A stretch of DNA of 64,000 nt from Halocafeteria seosinensis (Eukaryota): the NCBI GenBank assembly GCA_001687465.1, contig LVLI01000321.1:1-64000 (forward strand). Direction: 5' to 3'. The translations under genes and the position numbers were made by a program. Position 1 is the first letter of the stretch, and the number at the start of each line of letters is the position of its first letter. The notes below the pieces were generated by a model. That model did no database searches, had not been told where the DNA came from, and saw nothing but the letters and a program-made list of their open reading frames with translations. Below are positions 49,338-62,548 of this stretch, one piece after another.

Positions 49338-50705
49338 TGTTGAGGAGGAAGAGATACTGCTAAAGCAGATGCATGATGACGGTTGCTGGCTCAGTTGGTA
49401 TCTTGGCAGTAAGGAGGAGGATCCAAATGAAGATCTGTTGTCAGGCAATGAGGGAACAATGAAAACTACTTTGTTCCGCTCGAGAATGTTAATAGGGAGA
49501 CAGAGGGAGGGAGGACTTCGGCCAAAGACAACTGTGGTCGAGAGTTCAACTCCCAGCTATGCTTAAGCAATAGAAAGACGCCAATGTTAACACTCTGCAG
49601 GTTCCCATTAACACGGTCATTTATCTGCGTGCGTAATGTACGTATCCGATTGCATACCTGACTTCTTTCCTCCTAGCTGGCTGGCGCCTCAGCAGCTTTG
49701 TTCCAGCTCGGTTCTCAGTGGAGGCAATTCTAATACTCATCAATGGCTGAGGGAAACATGAAGCGGGAACGATGATCGGTGCATACAAGAGTTGTATATC
49801 TCCAGTCCTGTATACCATCAAGCTATTATCCTGGGAATCCTGGCTGACTTCCCGCAAGGCCTGCTCTTGAAGAACGGTGCCTGGTGATACACACAGGACC
49901 GAACTGCGTTGATGTCAGGGCTCGCACAAATCACTTGGAACAATTTCGTGTTGGCCTCTTTTCTAGTTCTTCTATTAGGGTCTCCCTCGTACGAGACACA
50001 TAGCACAAAGCTTTTTTGGACAGGGTCTGTCGCTACTCGATCCATTCCGGCCGCTACTGGCAGCACGTTGAATGCGGATGAATCCTCTGGCGCTGAGGAT
50101 ACACTGGCAACCAAAAAGAAGGTAACAAACTCTGTTGTGTCATTACAGGTCGGCTGCTCGTGGTCAGTCGACTACCGGGAGCAGCAACGGATGACGATAT
50201 GGGAAGTTCTTTGTAGCGGGTATTCGCTGGACTTCTGGTTGCAAAAGATCGGGTTCTTCATTCTGACGCAGTGTCTGTTTTGCTTTATGGTCGTCGGATC
50301 AATGGCCGGACGCGATGCTACCGGTAAATGTGTAAACGTTTTTCCAGGTACAAGTAGCCGATCTCTCTCGTGGATAGCGTCTGTGTTTCCTTTCGGTGAC
50401 TACAATGAAATAGGTGCTTTGAATACCTCGGCTTCTGGCCAGCAGATCAGGCAGACGCGGATGTTCGCACTGTACTGTGCTCCCTGAATCAACCGCCGTG
50501 TGCTTAAAAAAAATTTATCAAGAAGTACACTAGCTGCTCGACGTGACAATGTCAGGGAACGGGGCCTGTAGGGCTCTGCCTTTTTCAGTTTTAGCTCCTT
50601 TCCGACACATTGCTACAGATTTTGTTGACCTCAAAAATGTCTCACAAACCTTCGCATCCACTAGAACTACTTGACGGCACTTCAGTATGGCAGGATTGGT
50701 GAGAC

Positions 50706-51813
50706 TCAGCTTATCCCCTCGAAGAGCGGATGGTGTAGCAGTTGATGACAATGTGCTCGTTTCCCGGCTGAAACTTGAAGTAGTTTCGAAAGAAGATCGT
50801 CAGCTTTATCTTTCACCAGCTGATCTTCCATTTCAAGCTTGTCAAATTGACGTCTGCGCCATGTATCTAGTCTGGATTGATCGAGTCCTCTGATAAGGCA
50901 AATTGCTTCATAGTCGGAGAGAGTAACCAAAGACTCATTTTCAGTTATAGGTGTAGAGTCGAAAAGCATTAAACAAAGGACTAGACCGACCGCCCACATG
51001 TCTGCTAGAAAGGGACAATGACTTTCTTCAGCTTGTAGTGACTCTGGTGACGAAAAAACGACAGTCCCGGGACTCTCCGTTGTCTTCGGAGGCCTTTCCT
51101 GGTACACTCTGGCGCACCCGAGATCACTTATGGCTAGTTTCGGTTCGGAGCTGACCAGACAATTCGCTGGTTTAATATCTCTATGTGCAATGTTTTTCTC
51201 GTGTAACTTGTTCAATCCTTCCAACAGATCACGCATATAGAGCCGCGCTGTCCACGGATCTAAGGGCAACCTAGTCGTTGTGCATAGTGATTCCGATTCG
51301 ACTGCTCCCTCAACAGTCCGTTCCGGTGTGGAGTTTAAAGGACCTTTATCCATGTATTCGAATATCATAGCCATCTTTTCCCCCTCCTCCCCTACGTTCT
51401 CGATGACTTCGTATAGCTGCACGATATTCCTGTGAGCGAAACTTGAATGAATTTTGGTGCCCCGATACACGTGATCGAGTTCAGACTTGGCTCCAAGGGT
51501 CCATCGACGACTAAGTTTTGATCTATCCACTAGCTTCACCGCTGGAGTATACAACATTTTTAATCTGTAACACTGATTGGACGCTGTCATCTTACAATTG
51601 TTTATGATGGTTCTTACCGACTTGCTGACCGCTCTCGGTGTCCACACCTTCAAACACTTTACCTGTGGCTCCCGTTCCAAGTTTGCGCACGATGCCATAC
51701 TGATTTATTTTCCTATGGATGGTTCTTCCAAATGCCTCAAACTCTGGGGTGCGCTGATCATTTGCGTACTCTGTCCATTTAACACTGGAAGATATCTGCT
51801 CCCTGTCAGCCAT
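50706..51813 (-). CDS. CAMKK/SAK1-like Ser/Thr kinase, 2 exons
   Basis: INQY.IVRKLGTGATGKV, A|VK across an intron near 51543-51617, HRDIKPAN, DLG, SPGT..FSSPE and ADMWAVG. Confidence 0.8.
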
Positions 51814-52231
51814 CTTCACAAATCAATTGCACCGCGTATGGTGCTGGATGGAAAGCCCCTAAGCTCTGATATGGGAAATTACTGTGAGCAGACCGAATTC
51901 CGATACCGAAACAAGACTGCTCAGTGCGCCTGTATGCAATGAAATGGACATGTCTGCACGTGATGATGACTTTGTGAAGGTCAAACCTGCGACCGAGAGC
52001 GCGCGTTAATACGGAAAGGATGCTCCACCGACTTGTGCTCACTCGTAAATGGACAAAAACAGGAAAAATTGATACACTCCAATGAGCATAAGGAGTGGCT
52101 AGTAAGAACCCAAAGAACTGGAATTCTTCGGTTGGATACTGTACTTGCACGGGAGGGACAGTTTAGCGTACACAACGGGGAGAAAAGCGCGCCCAGAGGT
52201 ATCCTAGAACGACAGGTGTATTATCATTCGA

Positions 52232-55139
52232 ATGGAGGTAGATCGTTCTACAAAGAGTCCTAAGAAATTTGGAATGGTGAACAGCAGCAGTAACTTTTCG
52301 TTCTTGAAAAGAGTGCTCCCGACGGAGCATTGTAAGATCGCACTCAGTGACTTGCTATGCGGGGATTTGAATTCGGGGCGCCAAAATCAAAATGAACCTC
52401 CAACATCATCTGAAGAACAAAGGAACATGCCGTTCAGATTTGACCAAAGTCAATGCACTCTAGACATGAAGGAAAGGGAAGTTTTGGCGAGACAAGTAGC
52501 TTGTAAATTCGGAGAAATTATTCCACAGCTGCTCACAAATATGCTGTCGACGGAAAGCAGTCACTCACAAGCTTCGGTAAATGAACTAAGTGTTAAAGTA
52601 CAGGGATCCGCACCGCAAAAACAGAGCGTAGCGGAAACGGACAGGGCTGGGGAAGCAGTAAATCATATCATGTCTATGATTCACCCAGACCAAGTTCTGC
52701 TAGACTGTAGTGGCGGCGTCAGTATAAAATGGAACTTATGTGCTACCAAAAACAACGAGAACGACAGCAACGACTGGAGTGCATGCTGCTTACGGTATGT
52801 GCCAGAAAAATAACTAAACTTTTGCACAATCAAACCGTCAGACTAAAGTCTCCTATATGTTTGTTTGTTCCAGTCCTCCAGAGCTAATAGAGCAGAGCCT
52901 TGATGGGCCCATTTCCGCTTGGCCTCTGTTATCCTGGTCTGTCGGCTGCCTCAGCTATTGGATAGTATCTGGCGTTACTCCATTTTGGCAACCAAGCCCA
53001 GAAGATATCCCAGAACACATAACGGATTATCCTCCGGGAAGCCTCAGTGGAGAGCTGTCGGTTTCGGTTGCTTCAGTGATCGTCGATCTCTTGCAGAAAG
53101 ACCCAGATTCTCGTTTGTTTATTAGCTCGATCGCTTCGAGAGTCTCGGAAGCTGTCTCTAACAGCATGCACTTCTTCCCCTCTCGCCGGAGGCGGCTAAA
53201 GAAGAATTCTACTGGAGACGAAAAGGGAAGTGAATCAGCGAGCGTATCCACAGGAGACACTGAAAGCATTCGGTCAGCGATGGATGAGAGCACCGCTTCG
53301 CCCACTCCACCGATATCCGATGGGGAAGTAAAACTAAGCTCATACGAGCTACGAGAAGAAAACAGCATGTGCGTGGAAGAGCTCAAACAGCCTCTTGGTT
53401 CTTCTACCAGCGAGCAACAGTGGGCCAAAGAACCACAGGATGCGCAGTGCGATGAGACTATCCAGTGCGAAAACCTTTCCGAACAGGGGGCATCAGCTGA
53501 ACAAGTGATAACAGATGATGATGCTGAACTGAACGACAGACTTAACTATAGGTCTCAATCTCACAACTCTGGGGATGCTGCGATAGAGAGTAGTTCCGCA
53601 TTTGAAGACCGACCTGTTAAGTCACTTCCGTGTTCTTTTGAAGATATTGCCGCTACCAACGCGGAAGAAGTACCTGATCCGAAAGGATCCCAGGGAAACG
53701 GAGAACAACATGCAGATGAAGCTAGCGGGGCAAAGTCTATGATTGGTTCTCCTAACCTCGCTTTTGTAGAAGAGAACGAATGCCGCCAAGATACCGCCAT
53801 GACCTCCGGTGACCAAGAAGAAATAGGGAATCGAAAAATTGCAAATTCCGTTGAAAATGGAGGTGAGGGAACCACCAAAGCGGTTACAGATCACAGTCGT
53901 GATATAACAGAAGTTCCTACTAAGGAAGCCGAAATGGGCATTGAGGATGCCCAATGTACCAAGCAGGCTGCCACAGATAACTCTACGGGCGATGCCTCTA
54001 GCAAAGCTGCATATGACGAACGACCCGTTAAAGGCCTGCAGCAGTCATTCGAGGACATAGCGGCTTCCCATGCAGGGAATGATGCCCCCGAACCGATGCC
54101 CAGGGAAGTGGCTTGCACAAACTCCAAGTCAGTCCAGCCAAGAAACTTGGGTGCATGCAAGACCAGAAAGTCTATTGGAACAAGCCTCGCAAGGAACCGC
54201 AAGTCCATGGGCAAGACCAGCGTCTCTAGCAAGGAACGAAACGGTGTTGCCAGCAGTACAAGTCATACAGAATCAAACCAGGAACACTCGAGTCGGTCTA
54301 ACATAAGGTCTAGCGTGGTCAGGTCCCCAATCGAAAGCAAACCGACTTCTCCGGTTAACTCTGAGAGCCCACCTAAGTTTGAAAAGAACAATTCAAAGCC
54401 CACAGCAGAGCGGTCAGCTTCAAATAAAGACAAGAAAAAATCCCGAAAAGTGGGTGAGAAAGTGGCACCAGAGAATAAGACACCACGCAAAGCAGCTGCA
54501 CTATCGCCAATGAAGAAAAAGAAGCGGAAGTCCTTGGGAACAAGCCTTGCGCAGAACCGTGTACCCGTGACCGCTTCCAGTGACAAAATGAGCGAACAAG
54601 ACACCAGCGACTCTTCGGCTGAAGTACACGGACGCACCAAGGCCGGACGCGCTCAGGCTGTGGTACAGTTTGCGGAGCAATCTGTGTCCCAAGTCTCTAA
54701 GCAACTTGCAGAAGCTCAAGCTGCACGAGCTCAAGAGAAGCAGTCGCAAGTTTCGCAATTACGAAGTATTGTAGAACAGGAGTTGGGCGAAGGTCTTCAG
54801 TCTCCGGTTGTCAAGCGGAGACCTGGAGCAGGAAGAAAGAGCACTGCGGGAGAGAGCCTGTACGCACCGATGACTGGGGGAAGAGGAAAGGCAACTGAAG
54901 GGAAGACGAACGTCCAACACAACCGTAAAACAAAAACGCGACATAGCCTTTCTTCTAATTCTAGACGCGACATGACTCAGGCTCAAAAGGCAATATCTTC
55001 AGTAATTCAAGAATCGTACGAGGAAGACGACTCGTATGGAGACGCCAGTTTGTCTTCGCTGCAAAACAGTTTGAGTGAGCTTATGGATTCATTTAAGGCC
55101 ACCGAGGATGCTTGGGTCGACAACATCTTTACGAACTAG
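52232..55139 (+). CDS. Pseudokinase-like C-lobe plus long disordered region
   Basis: PPELI...WSVGCL.Y.IVSG.TPF...LLQKDP..R, with no glycine loop, HRD or DFG. Intron near 52795-52872. Confidence 0.6.
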
Positions 55140-56647
55140 AAACGTAGAAGTAAGTACAATTGTAAATTACGAATCCCCCAACCAGTGTGCAAGTGCTGTC
55201 GATTCCGCGTCACCAAGCGCTAGCTTCGGGTAGTGAACGTCAGGCGGTAACTTTGCTAAGTTCACTCCACTAATTGACGTTGCGGACTAAGTTTTTGTAC
55301 AACTTCTCATGTGAGAATGTAGATCATGCTTGATAATATACTGCGGAAAATTCGTTGCTTTACACAGTCCCTCTGCACGGTCCTTTAACTCGGCCCGTAT
55401 TAGGTGGTATCTAGGCCTCCATGCAACTGAGTGTCCATCAGTTTGGTAATCACTTACCTTTTGTATCTCAATACAAAATGGTTACAGATACCATAACTGT
55501 AAAATGATGCAAACAGGGTGTGGCGGCAGCTCAAGAATGATTGCTATAATGATTTACGTCGCACTATATTTGCACCCTGCGTAGTTCTGGTTGTCGCGAC
55601 CAGAACAACGTGCCTGCTGATTCCAACTATATCATATCGAAGACGATGCTAATTAACAGAAATTGATGTGTGAAATCATGTGGATGCAAGTGCAATGACC
55701 AAGAAGGCATGCAAGGATGATGGAGTCACATGGGTCCGAGTCGCACTCCATGCAACTCCATCACGTGCGCACTTCACAGAAGAGTTCTGCGCATTAGTTG
55801 ACGCAAGGACGGTAGAGGATGGCAGAATTAGCAGTTGCGAGTGATCATGGCTCTCCTGAATGCCTGGGATCTCGTGTGAAGTTGCCAATAACTGTGAAGG
55901 TGAGCTGGAAACACACCTGGAAGTTTATGTCGCATTCGACACCTACATTATCTGGAGGATATTACCCACACTTAAACAGGATTCAATTGTTTATTTTTTT
56001 CCATTTCACTGGCGGGACAAGAGGTTGACTTTCGCTATTTTGGTTAGAGTGTAACCACTGGACTATACTTTATGCAATTTACTGTTCCAGGACGCGAAGT
56101 GACGAAATTATGTGCGCATCCTGAGGTCAGAAAACTAGTTTAAATCTACGCGGCCCTTGGTCCCAGGATTGCGCACAGTGTACAACAAATTCTAGCGTGG
56201 CCTTTTTCGAATCTAAAACGTACGGATTGCACTCTATCACAAGGACGTCGCTCCAAGGCTGACACTGAACCCTGGTAAAAACAGTACGTGTTTTTGGTGA
56301 CAAACACCAACACAGTCTACTTGTTTCCTGCAATGTTATCTCAGATGCTTGCCCGACTTTGTGTCATGTAGTAGGGTATTTACCAACACTGCAACGGGGT
56401 GTAACGCTACCATTACCGTTCCATTTCCTGGGAAGCTCAGCGCTGGGACGATTGGCACAACTTGCATAGCAAATTATTGGTAGCAACGGAAGAACCACGA
56501 GGATACTTTTTTCCGAGTATCGCTATACCTGTGGGCCATTACGGGCCGATAGTATCGGTGGCTCTTAACCGAAGCAAAATCTGAGGCTTGCCTGGCATCG
56601 CTGCGTTCAGGAGTCACACTGCCGCAGCAGAAGAATGAACCGGGGCT

Positions 56648-58382
56648 TCAATTAGTATCATCATGATGAGGGGGCACTACATAGTTCCCTTCTTCGACTG
56701 CCTGTGTGTAGACATGTGCCCAGTTTTCAGGGTAATCGAAAACAGTTTCATCGTCAAACAGACGATTCAATGGCACGAAATACTTAAATTGGGGCTGAAT
56801 GTGCTTAATGGGTATGCTTCGGGGCAAGAAATCATTATCATACCACTCCAGCATTTGGATAGTCGAAAAGGGGCCTTGGACAGCACCAGCGTCATCAATA
56901 TAGTACCATTCCGGTTGATCGTCACTAGCAACGGAAGCATCATCATCTGCTACATCTTGCTCTCCGACATCAGGTACTTCGTGACGCACTCGATCAACTG
57001 TCTCTTGATAGACATCTTCATGCTCTCCGTCGGCATCCACAGAATAGGCCGCTTCATACTCTCGATCGGCACTCATTGAATGTTCGTTCTGCCCTCCATC
57101 AGCACTTCCTTGATAGGCGTTGTTTTGCTCTCGATTGGCAATCCCTTGATAGGTTCCATCATGTTCCCGATAGCAACTTTTTCGATACCCCTCATCATGC
57201 TCTCGATCGCCACTTCTTTGATACGTCTCATCACGCTCTCGATCGGCACTCCCTTGATACACCTGGTCATGCTCTCGATCGGCACTCGCTTGATAGGCTT
57301 CCCTATTACCACCACCAACACTTCCTTGGGTGGCTTTATCATGCTCTCGATCGATACTCCCTTGGTAGGTCTCGTCCTTCTCTCCATCGACCCTCCCTTG
57401 GCTAGGTAAGCCGTTTCGCTGTAACGCCTCGGAAGGCTCCGTTTCAATTTCAATCCGCACCTCATTATTTTCCGTTTCCCCGGTTGTCTCATCTTCAACT
57501 GCTGCAACTCCATTTTCCATGTCCTCATAGAATTCGGAAGCTGCTTCCATCATATCCTCTAGTGTCACATATTGCTGCCAGCCAGCGTGCGAAAGGAGAA
57601 GGTCTTTCTTCCAAAAGTATCCGGCATTGTACCATGAAGTAATTTGTTTCGATGAAAATGGGCCTTGCCTCTCATTGTTTGCATCAACAAAGTACCACTC
57701 GTCTCCTCTACTAAAGTATACCTCCATTGCCTTTGCATAAGCCCGAAGAGTGGACGGGTTGATCTGTTTGGTCATACTCTCACTATCCAGCAAGTTACCT
57801 GCTTCGTTCATCAAATCCTCATAGTGGTGTACATAACAGCCGCATAAAATTGCAAAATGATCAACATACCCGCCGCTGCCGCATCGATTCCAATTTGCTG
57901 GGCGCGGTTAGCTTCGTCCTTTGGGATAAACGCTAAGTCCTTGTCAGCAAAGACTTGGTCCAAATTGCTGAACCCCTTCCCTGTCGTATCGACTTCCTCT
58001 CCATTGGCTTCGTCGACTTCTTGTACAAGTATAGGGCCTTGTGCAAAATAGCCTGCTTCGTACCAATGTCTCATTTGTTCCCATGTAAAGGGTCCTTCGA
58101 TCTGCATTCCAATCACGGGAGGGAGGGACCAGATGCATCGGGACGGCGTTTTAGCTAGTCAGATTGCCAGTTCGTGCTTACCTTGGCAAAATACCATTTC
58201 GGAGGAGGCCGCTCCTGTTGTATGTGAGCACTATAGCCTCGGAAACAGTTCTGACACAGAGTTCTCCTCCATTGGTTGGGGACGAAATTCTGACAAGCTT
58301 CGACATCGCTGAAGACAGATACATCGTACGTTTGGTTTCCCTGGCGACTGGCATCTCGTGTGCTCTTTCCCACCTGTGCCAT
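56648..58382 (-). CDS. Protein with three GYF domains, N-terminal Cys/His motif and 13-aa tandem repeats
   Basis: W.Y/F...(Q)GPF...QM..WY..GYF occurs three times. C..F.PN.WR..LC.NCF....H at the N-terminus. YQGSADREHDE-type repeats. Confidence 0.8.
57000..57380. repeat. Coding 39-bp minisatellite (about 9-10 degenerate units)
   Basis: Recurring CTCTCGATCGGCACT..CTTGATA at 39-bp period. Confidence 0.8.
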
Positions 58383-58807
58383 GATACTTGTAGAAGTGTC
58401 CTGGAGACTGAACAGAGTCGTAGGAGAGAAGGAATCAGCGGCCGTTTACCCGTGCGAGGTCAAGTTCAGTTCAAGTTACAGGCAATTCGTGCGTCCACAG
58501 GAAGGCTGGGTCGTGCCAGTAGCTACCCCATTATCAAGGGGAAAAGAAAAATGGACATGCTTTTAGTAAGTGGTATCAACACTGGAATCGGTAAATCATG
58601 CATTGCATACAGGACAAGGAAACAAAATCCCGTGAGTCAACTTTACGGTCGCAGGAAGTTCCCCTTCTATAGTTGGTTTCCTTCCTCAGAGATTTGCCGC
58701 CATATATTATATGGCTCATATGTTGTAATGACTGTAGATGCATACTGTGGACGATTTGTGCTAATCAGAAATGGTTTGGCTCACACTCAATAAACACAAA
58801 AATGAAA

Positions 58808-58879
58808 GGGCTCCTCCGGGAATCGAACCCGGGACCACTCGCACCCGAAGCGAGTATCATACCACTAGACCAAGGAGCC
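58808..58879 (-). tRNA. tRNA-Pro(CGG)
   Basis: GGCTCCT acceptor stem, TAGTGGTA D arm, anticodon arm CTCGC-TTCGGGT-GCGAG, GGTTCGATTCC T arm, and a downstream T-run terminator. Confidence 0.97.
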
Positions 58880-59126
58880 ACAGTCAGCACTACTAGCCCA
58901 AATTGTGAATGCCTTGAAGTATCTATAAAAGGCGGGTGATATCGTTGAAGTTGCCACACAGCAAGGGAGTCAGTGGCATTGGGGCTGTCTATTACCCTCT
59001 ACTATGCACTGATTCAGAGAATAAATCGCCTTTGTTAGGTTAATTTTCATATGTGTATCATAACGTAAGCTTGAAGGCGCTGTATGCGCGTTAATAGAGG
59101 TGTTTAGAAGATTTAGTTGAAGAAGA

Positions 59127-62021
59127 ATGAGTGCCTCCAATACTTCCTCATCAACTTCCATTTCTTCCGAATATAGTGCTCTAGACAGCGCTATACAGCA
59201 CGAACTACATCAGAATACTCAGGGCGAAGCAACAGGACATGGTGCTGTCATTGATCCCCTGTTCCAGCAAATCATACAGACGACAAAAGCTGCGAATAAG
59301 CTCAAGAAGTCCTTCACCAAGCATGATAATGACGATGATAACGATGACGAGCAAGAACAGGTGGCAAATGAGATTTTAGATACGGTATCGCATTTAATGA
59401 ACCAGTTCAAGCCCTCCAGTGGAGCATCTACGATCCAAGAGTACGCGGAACGATGTCACGAGAGCGAAGGATTTGACCATGTGCGCGATATATTGGATTT
59501 AATGTTGGAAGCTGCTGATTTTTATTTGGATCAAGCGAAAGGTCATGATGTGAATAAGCAAGTCTCAATGGTCCAGGAGCAACTTTTGTCAGCGGCTCGC
59601 TCTTCAACACCGAACGGCAAGAAGTCCGGTTCTTCGGGAAAGAAGCAGCAGAGTCTACAGCAAGCTATAGAGAGCAGTCAACACGTTGACAAGCCTCAAG
59701 ACTACTTCCGAGATGCTCCTGTTGATAATCGACGGCTACCGTTCATTCCGAAGTTGCAGTCAAATGCTGAAAAATACAACGCGCTTCAGCCTCTTAAAAG
59801 CTGGACGGTGCCTGATGTGCAGGAGGGGGACGAATGGGAATCAGCTCCACATCCCTATGAATATGAGATACAAGAGTTTATGAGGTCTGGATACCCTGAA
59901 AGGATGACTCAGAAGGTAACCGAAAGACCATTCCAAACGATGGAGGATACGGAATTAGAAGACGTAACTACCGTCAACAAGGTTCATGAAATGCTGGAGG
60001 AGTTGGAAGATAGGAATGTACAGGAAATTGCTATAGATCTGGAGGCGCACTCGTTGAGAACCTTCCAAGGATTTGTCTGTCTAATGCAAGTCTCGACGAG
60101 AGGTAAAGACTACCTTGTAGATACTCTCGTGTTACGGGAGCATATGCACGTGCTAAACAGAGTTTTTACTGACCCGACAAAAGTCAAAGTACTTCACGGC
60201 TGTGACTCGGACGTCGTATGGTTGCAACGGGATTTTGGTTTGTACTTGGTCAATGTATTTGATACCGGTCAAGCAGCACGTGTCCTCGGCTACAAAAGTC
60301 TTGGACTTGCGTATCTTTTGGAGACATTCTGCAACATTGATGTGGACAAGTCACATCAATTAGCAGACTGGAGGCAAAGACCATTACCAGAAGAGCTGCG
60401 GACGTACGCCCGACAAGATACGCATTACCTTCTTGATATAATGGACAGACTAAAGAACTTAATTATCCAAAAGGATCATGGAAAGACAACCTTATTGACA
60501 CAGGTTCTTGACGCAAGCAACAAGTTGACCCTTAAGCGCTATGAAAAGGAACAATTCCGCGAAGACGACTGGAAAAACCTTGCGGTAAAACTGGGGTTAC
60601 AAATACCCCCGGAGATGCTGGGAGCATCAAATGGCAATGACTCTTCCTCGTCTGCTTCGGCATCAAGTCCTTCTAGGGGGATTCGCTCGGCACATCCGCA
60701 ACAGTTGTCAAACGAGCAAGCGCGAGTGTTTGCTGCTTTATTTGAATGGAGGGACCGAATGGCTCGGGAGGAAGACGAAAGTGTACAGTATACTCTCTCT
60801 AGACGAGCACTTGTGCGTCTGAGTAGGGAAATGCCTACAAATATGCGAGAGCTATCGAAGTGCTGTAATCCTCTACCCCCGCTTGTTAGAAAACACAGCA
60901 GTGAGCTGTTAATAACCATTAGGAAGGCGAAACAAAATGAATCGACGATGACTGTTCCCCGCTACCGTGCGAGAACGAGTGCCACTGAAAAGTGTCACAA
61001 CGGAGATGGAAATGTTGTTTCGGGGAACTCGCGAAAACAAGAGGCTCCACAATCGGGACGTCACGGGGCCAGTGTAGCGAAACAGGTAATAAATCCTACG
61101 ATTGTGAAGGGTGAGGATGCCAGCCGCGGCAGGAAGGAAACGACGGCACTGATAGATACTCACCACCTCTTTCCCGACATTGAGACTGCACCTACCCATA
61201 ACCGCCTATATGTTCCCAAGATTTCGGCAGGAGAAGGAACTGATGCTGTTCAAAGTAATACCCACGTAACATTCTTGAGGAGCCCCGCAAGCTCCAGAGG
61301 AATGGTGGACATTTTTCAGTCTCCAAGTTCACCCTCCAAACAAGAGGATTGTCGCGCTCAGGAAATAAGGCAGGAGTTGGCTTCGAAGAACCTATTTTCG
61401 TTTACGGTACCTTTCGTTCAGGACACCGCTGATAGTGACGAGGACGAGGAGATTGAAGGGACTGAAGAGACTGGCTCGTCCAAGAGTCTAGAGCATAGCG
61501 ACCATGCAGGCGAAGCCAGTGGCAATAGTGACAAGGTGTCACATTTCCTGAATGGCAAAGGTAACACGAATGAAGATTCAGAGGAAGACGACAATGTTGA
61601 AGACGCGGAGAAACAAGCATCCTCGGGTATGCAAAACGAGGAAGAGACTGACTTGCCACAGAGTCTCGTCTCTCAATACAACTTGAATTCTCGTGGTAAG
61701 AAAAAACGAGCTCGACGCAAGAAGAACCAAAAACGGATAAGAGAGACAGGAAATGATTCTGCTTCCCAGCAATCCAAAAACCAGTCTACAGAGCAAGAAA
61801 CTCCTGAGCAACTATCTTCCAGCAGCAACATTGTTGCCGACTCAGCCAAGGTAAATCATCTCCTCGGTGGAGCTGAAAGCCTTAGTGCCAAGAGTGTGAG
61901 AGACGCGGGGAAGTCTCGTAAGTTGAATAACGTATATACAGTGGGTGGAGTCGAAAAGACTCAAAACAAATCGTCAAAGAAAGCCAAGCGAGGCAAGAAG
62001 AATCAAAGGCGAGCGAAGTAG
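59127..62021 (+). CDS. RRP6: Exosome 3'-5' exonuclease RRP6/EXOSC10
   Basis: HPYEYEI, IAIDLEAHS.RTFQGFVCLMQVSTR, LHGCDSD..WLQRDFG, ADWR.RPL...YARQDTHYL and an HRDC domain. Confidence 0.95.
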   Translation: MSASNTSSSTSISSEYSALDSAIQHELHQNTQGEATGHGAVIDPLFQQIIQTTKAANKLKKSFTKHDNDDDNDDEQEQVANEILDTVSHLMNQFKPSSGASTIQEYAERCHESEGFDHVRDILDLMLEAADFYLDQAKGHDVNKQVSMVQEQLLSAARSSTPNGKKSGSSGKKQQSLQQAIESSQHVDKPQDYFRDAPVDNRRLPFIPKLQSNAEKYNALQPLKSWTVPDVQEGDEWESAPHPYEYEIQEFMRSGYPERMTQKVTERPFQTMEDTELEDVTTVNKVHEMLEELEDRNVQEIAIDLEAHSLRTFQGFVCLMQVSTRGKDYLVDTLVLREHMHVLNRVFTDPTKVKVLHGCDSDVVWLQRDFGLYLVNVFDTGQAARVLGYKSLGLAYLLETFCNIDVDKSHQLADWRQRPLPEELRTYARQDTHYLLDIMDRLKNLIIQKDHGKTTLLTQVLDASNKLTLKRYEKEQFREDDWKNLAVKLGLQIPPEMLGASNGNDSSSSASASSPSRGIRSAHPQQLSNEQARVFAALFEWRDRMAREEDESVQYTLSRRALVRLSREMPTNMRELSKCCNPLPPLVRKHSSELLITIRKAKQNESTMTVPRYRARTSATEKCHNGDGNVVSGNSRKQEAPQSGRHGASVAKQVINPTIVKGEDASRGRKETTALIDTHHLFPDIETAPTHNRLYVPKISAGEGTDAVQSNTHVTFLRSPASSRGMVDIFQSPSSPSKQEDCRAQEIRQELASKNLFSFTVPFVQDTADSDEDEEIEGTEETGSSKSLEHSDHAGEASGNSDKVSHFLNGKGNTNEDSEEDDNVEDAEKQASSGMQNEEETDLPQSLVSQYNLNSRGKKKRARRKKNQKRIRETGNDSASQQSKNQSTEQETPEQLSSSSNIVADSAKVNHLLGGAESLSAKSVRDAGKSRKLNNVYTVGGVEKTQNKSSKKAKRGKKNQRRAK

Positions 62022-62548
62022 ACAAGATACTCGCTGGATCAGTATGAGAATCTCTCAAGAGGTACAGCGTTGCACGATAGTACGGAGGATGAACTTCCTT
62101 TTGAGAAAACATTAGAATAAAATGTTGATCAAACGAGGAAGTTTGCATTTGAGTAGAAGTTACACTAAAACGGAAGTCATACAGTAGTTCGTCAATTCCA
62201 CTCAAGAGTAGCTCAGTGAAGGAAGGATGTCAAGGCAGCAAGATGGAATCGCATTATGATTTATGAACTTATAGATATTATAGAGAAATGCGAAACTAAG
62301 AAATAGCTTGCTTCCTCGAGTACCAAAAAAATACATCCTGATTCCTGTACCGGGCTGTTGTCCCGGACCTTGGGCGCCAAAAAATTCCAAGTTCCTTTTG
62401 TTATAAGTGTTGTTACCGATTGTTGCATGTTTTCTTTGGCACCGTATTTCACTTCTTTCAGTGACTGACAAGTCCATGAATTCCTGTGTGAGTAGGTGGC
62501 ATTGAATAGCTCGATAGAAAAGCAAGGACACACGTTAGTCGATTCAAG

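Noticed and set aside
51543..51700. Apparent frameshift in the CAMKK-like kinase
   Set aside because: Resolved by an ordinary GT-AG intron that restores the VAVK motif.
57000..57380. Regular repeats resembling a CRISPR array
   Set aside because: In-frame 39-bp coding tandem repeats without unique spacers, in a eukaryotic context with no cas genes.
58673..58959. ORFs overlapping the tRNA
   Set aside because: Spurious frames across tRNA-Pro.
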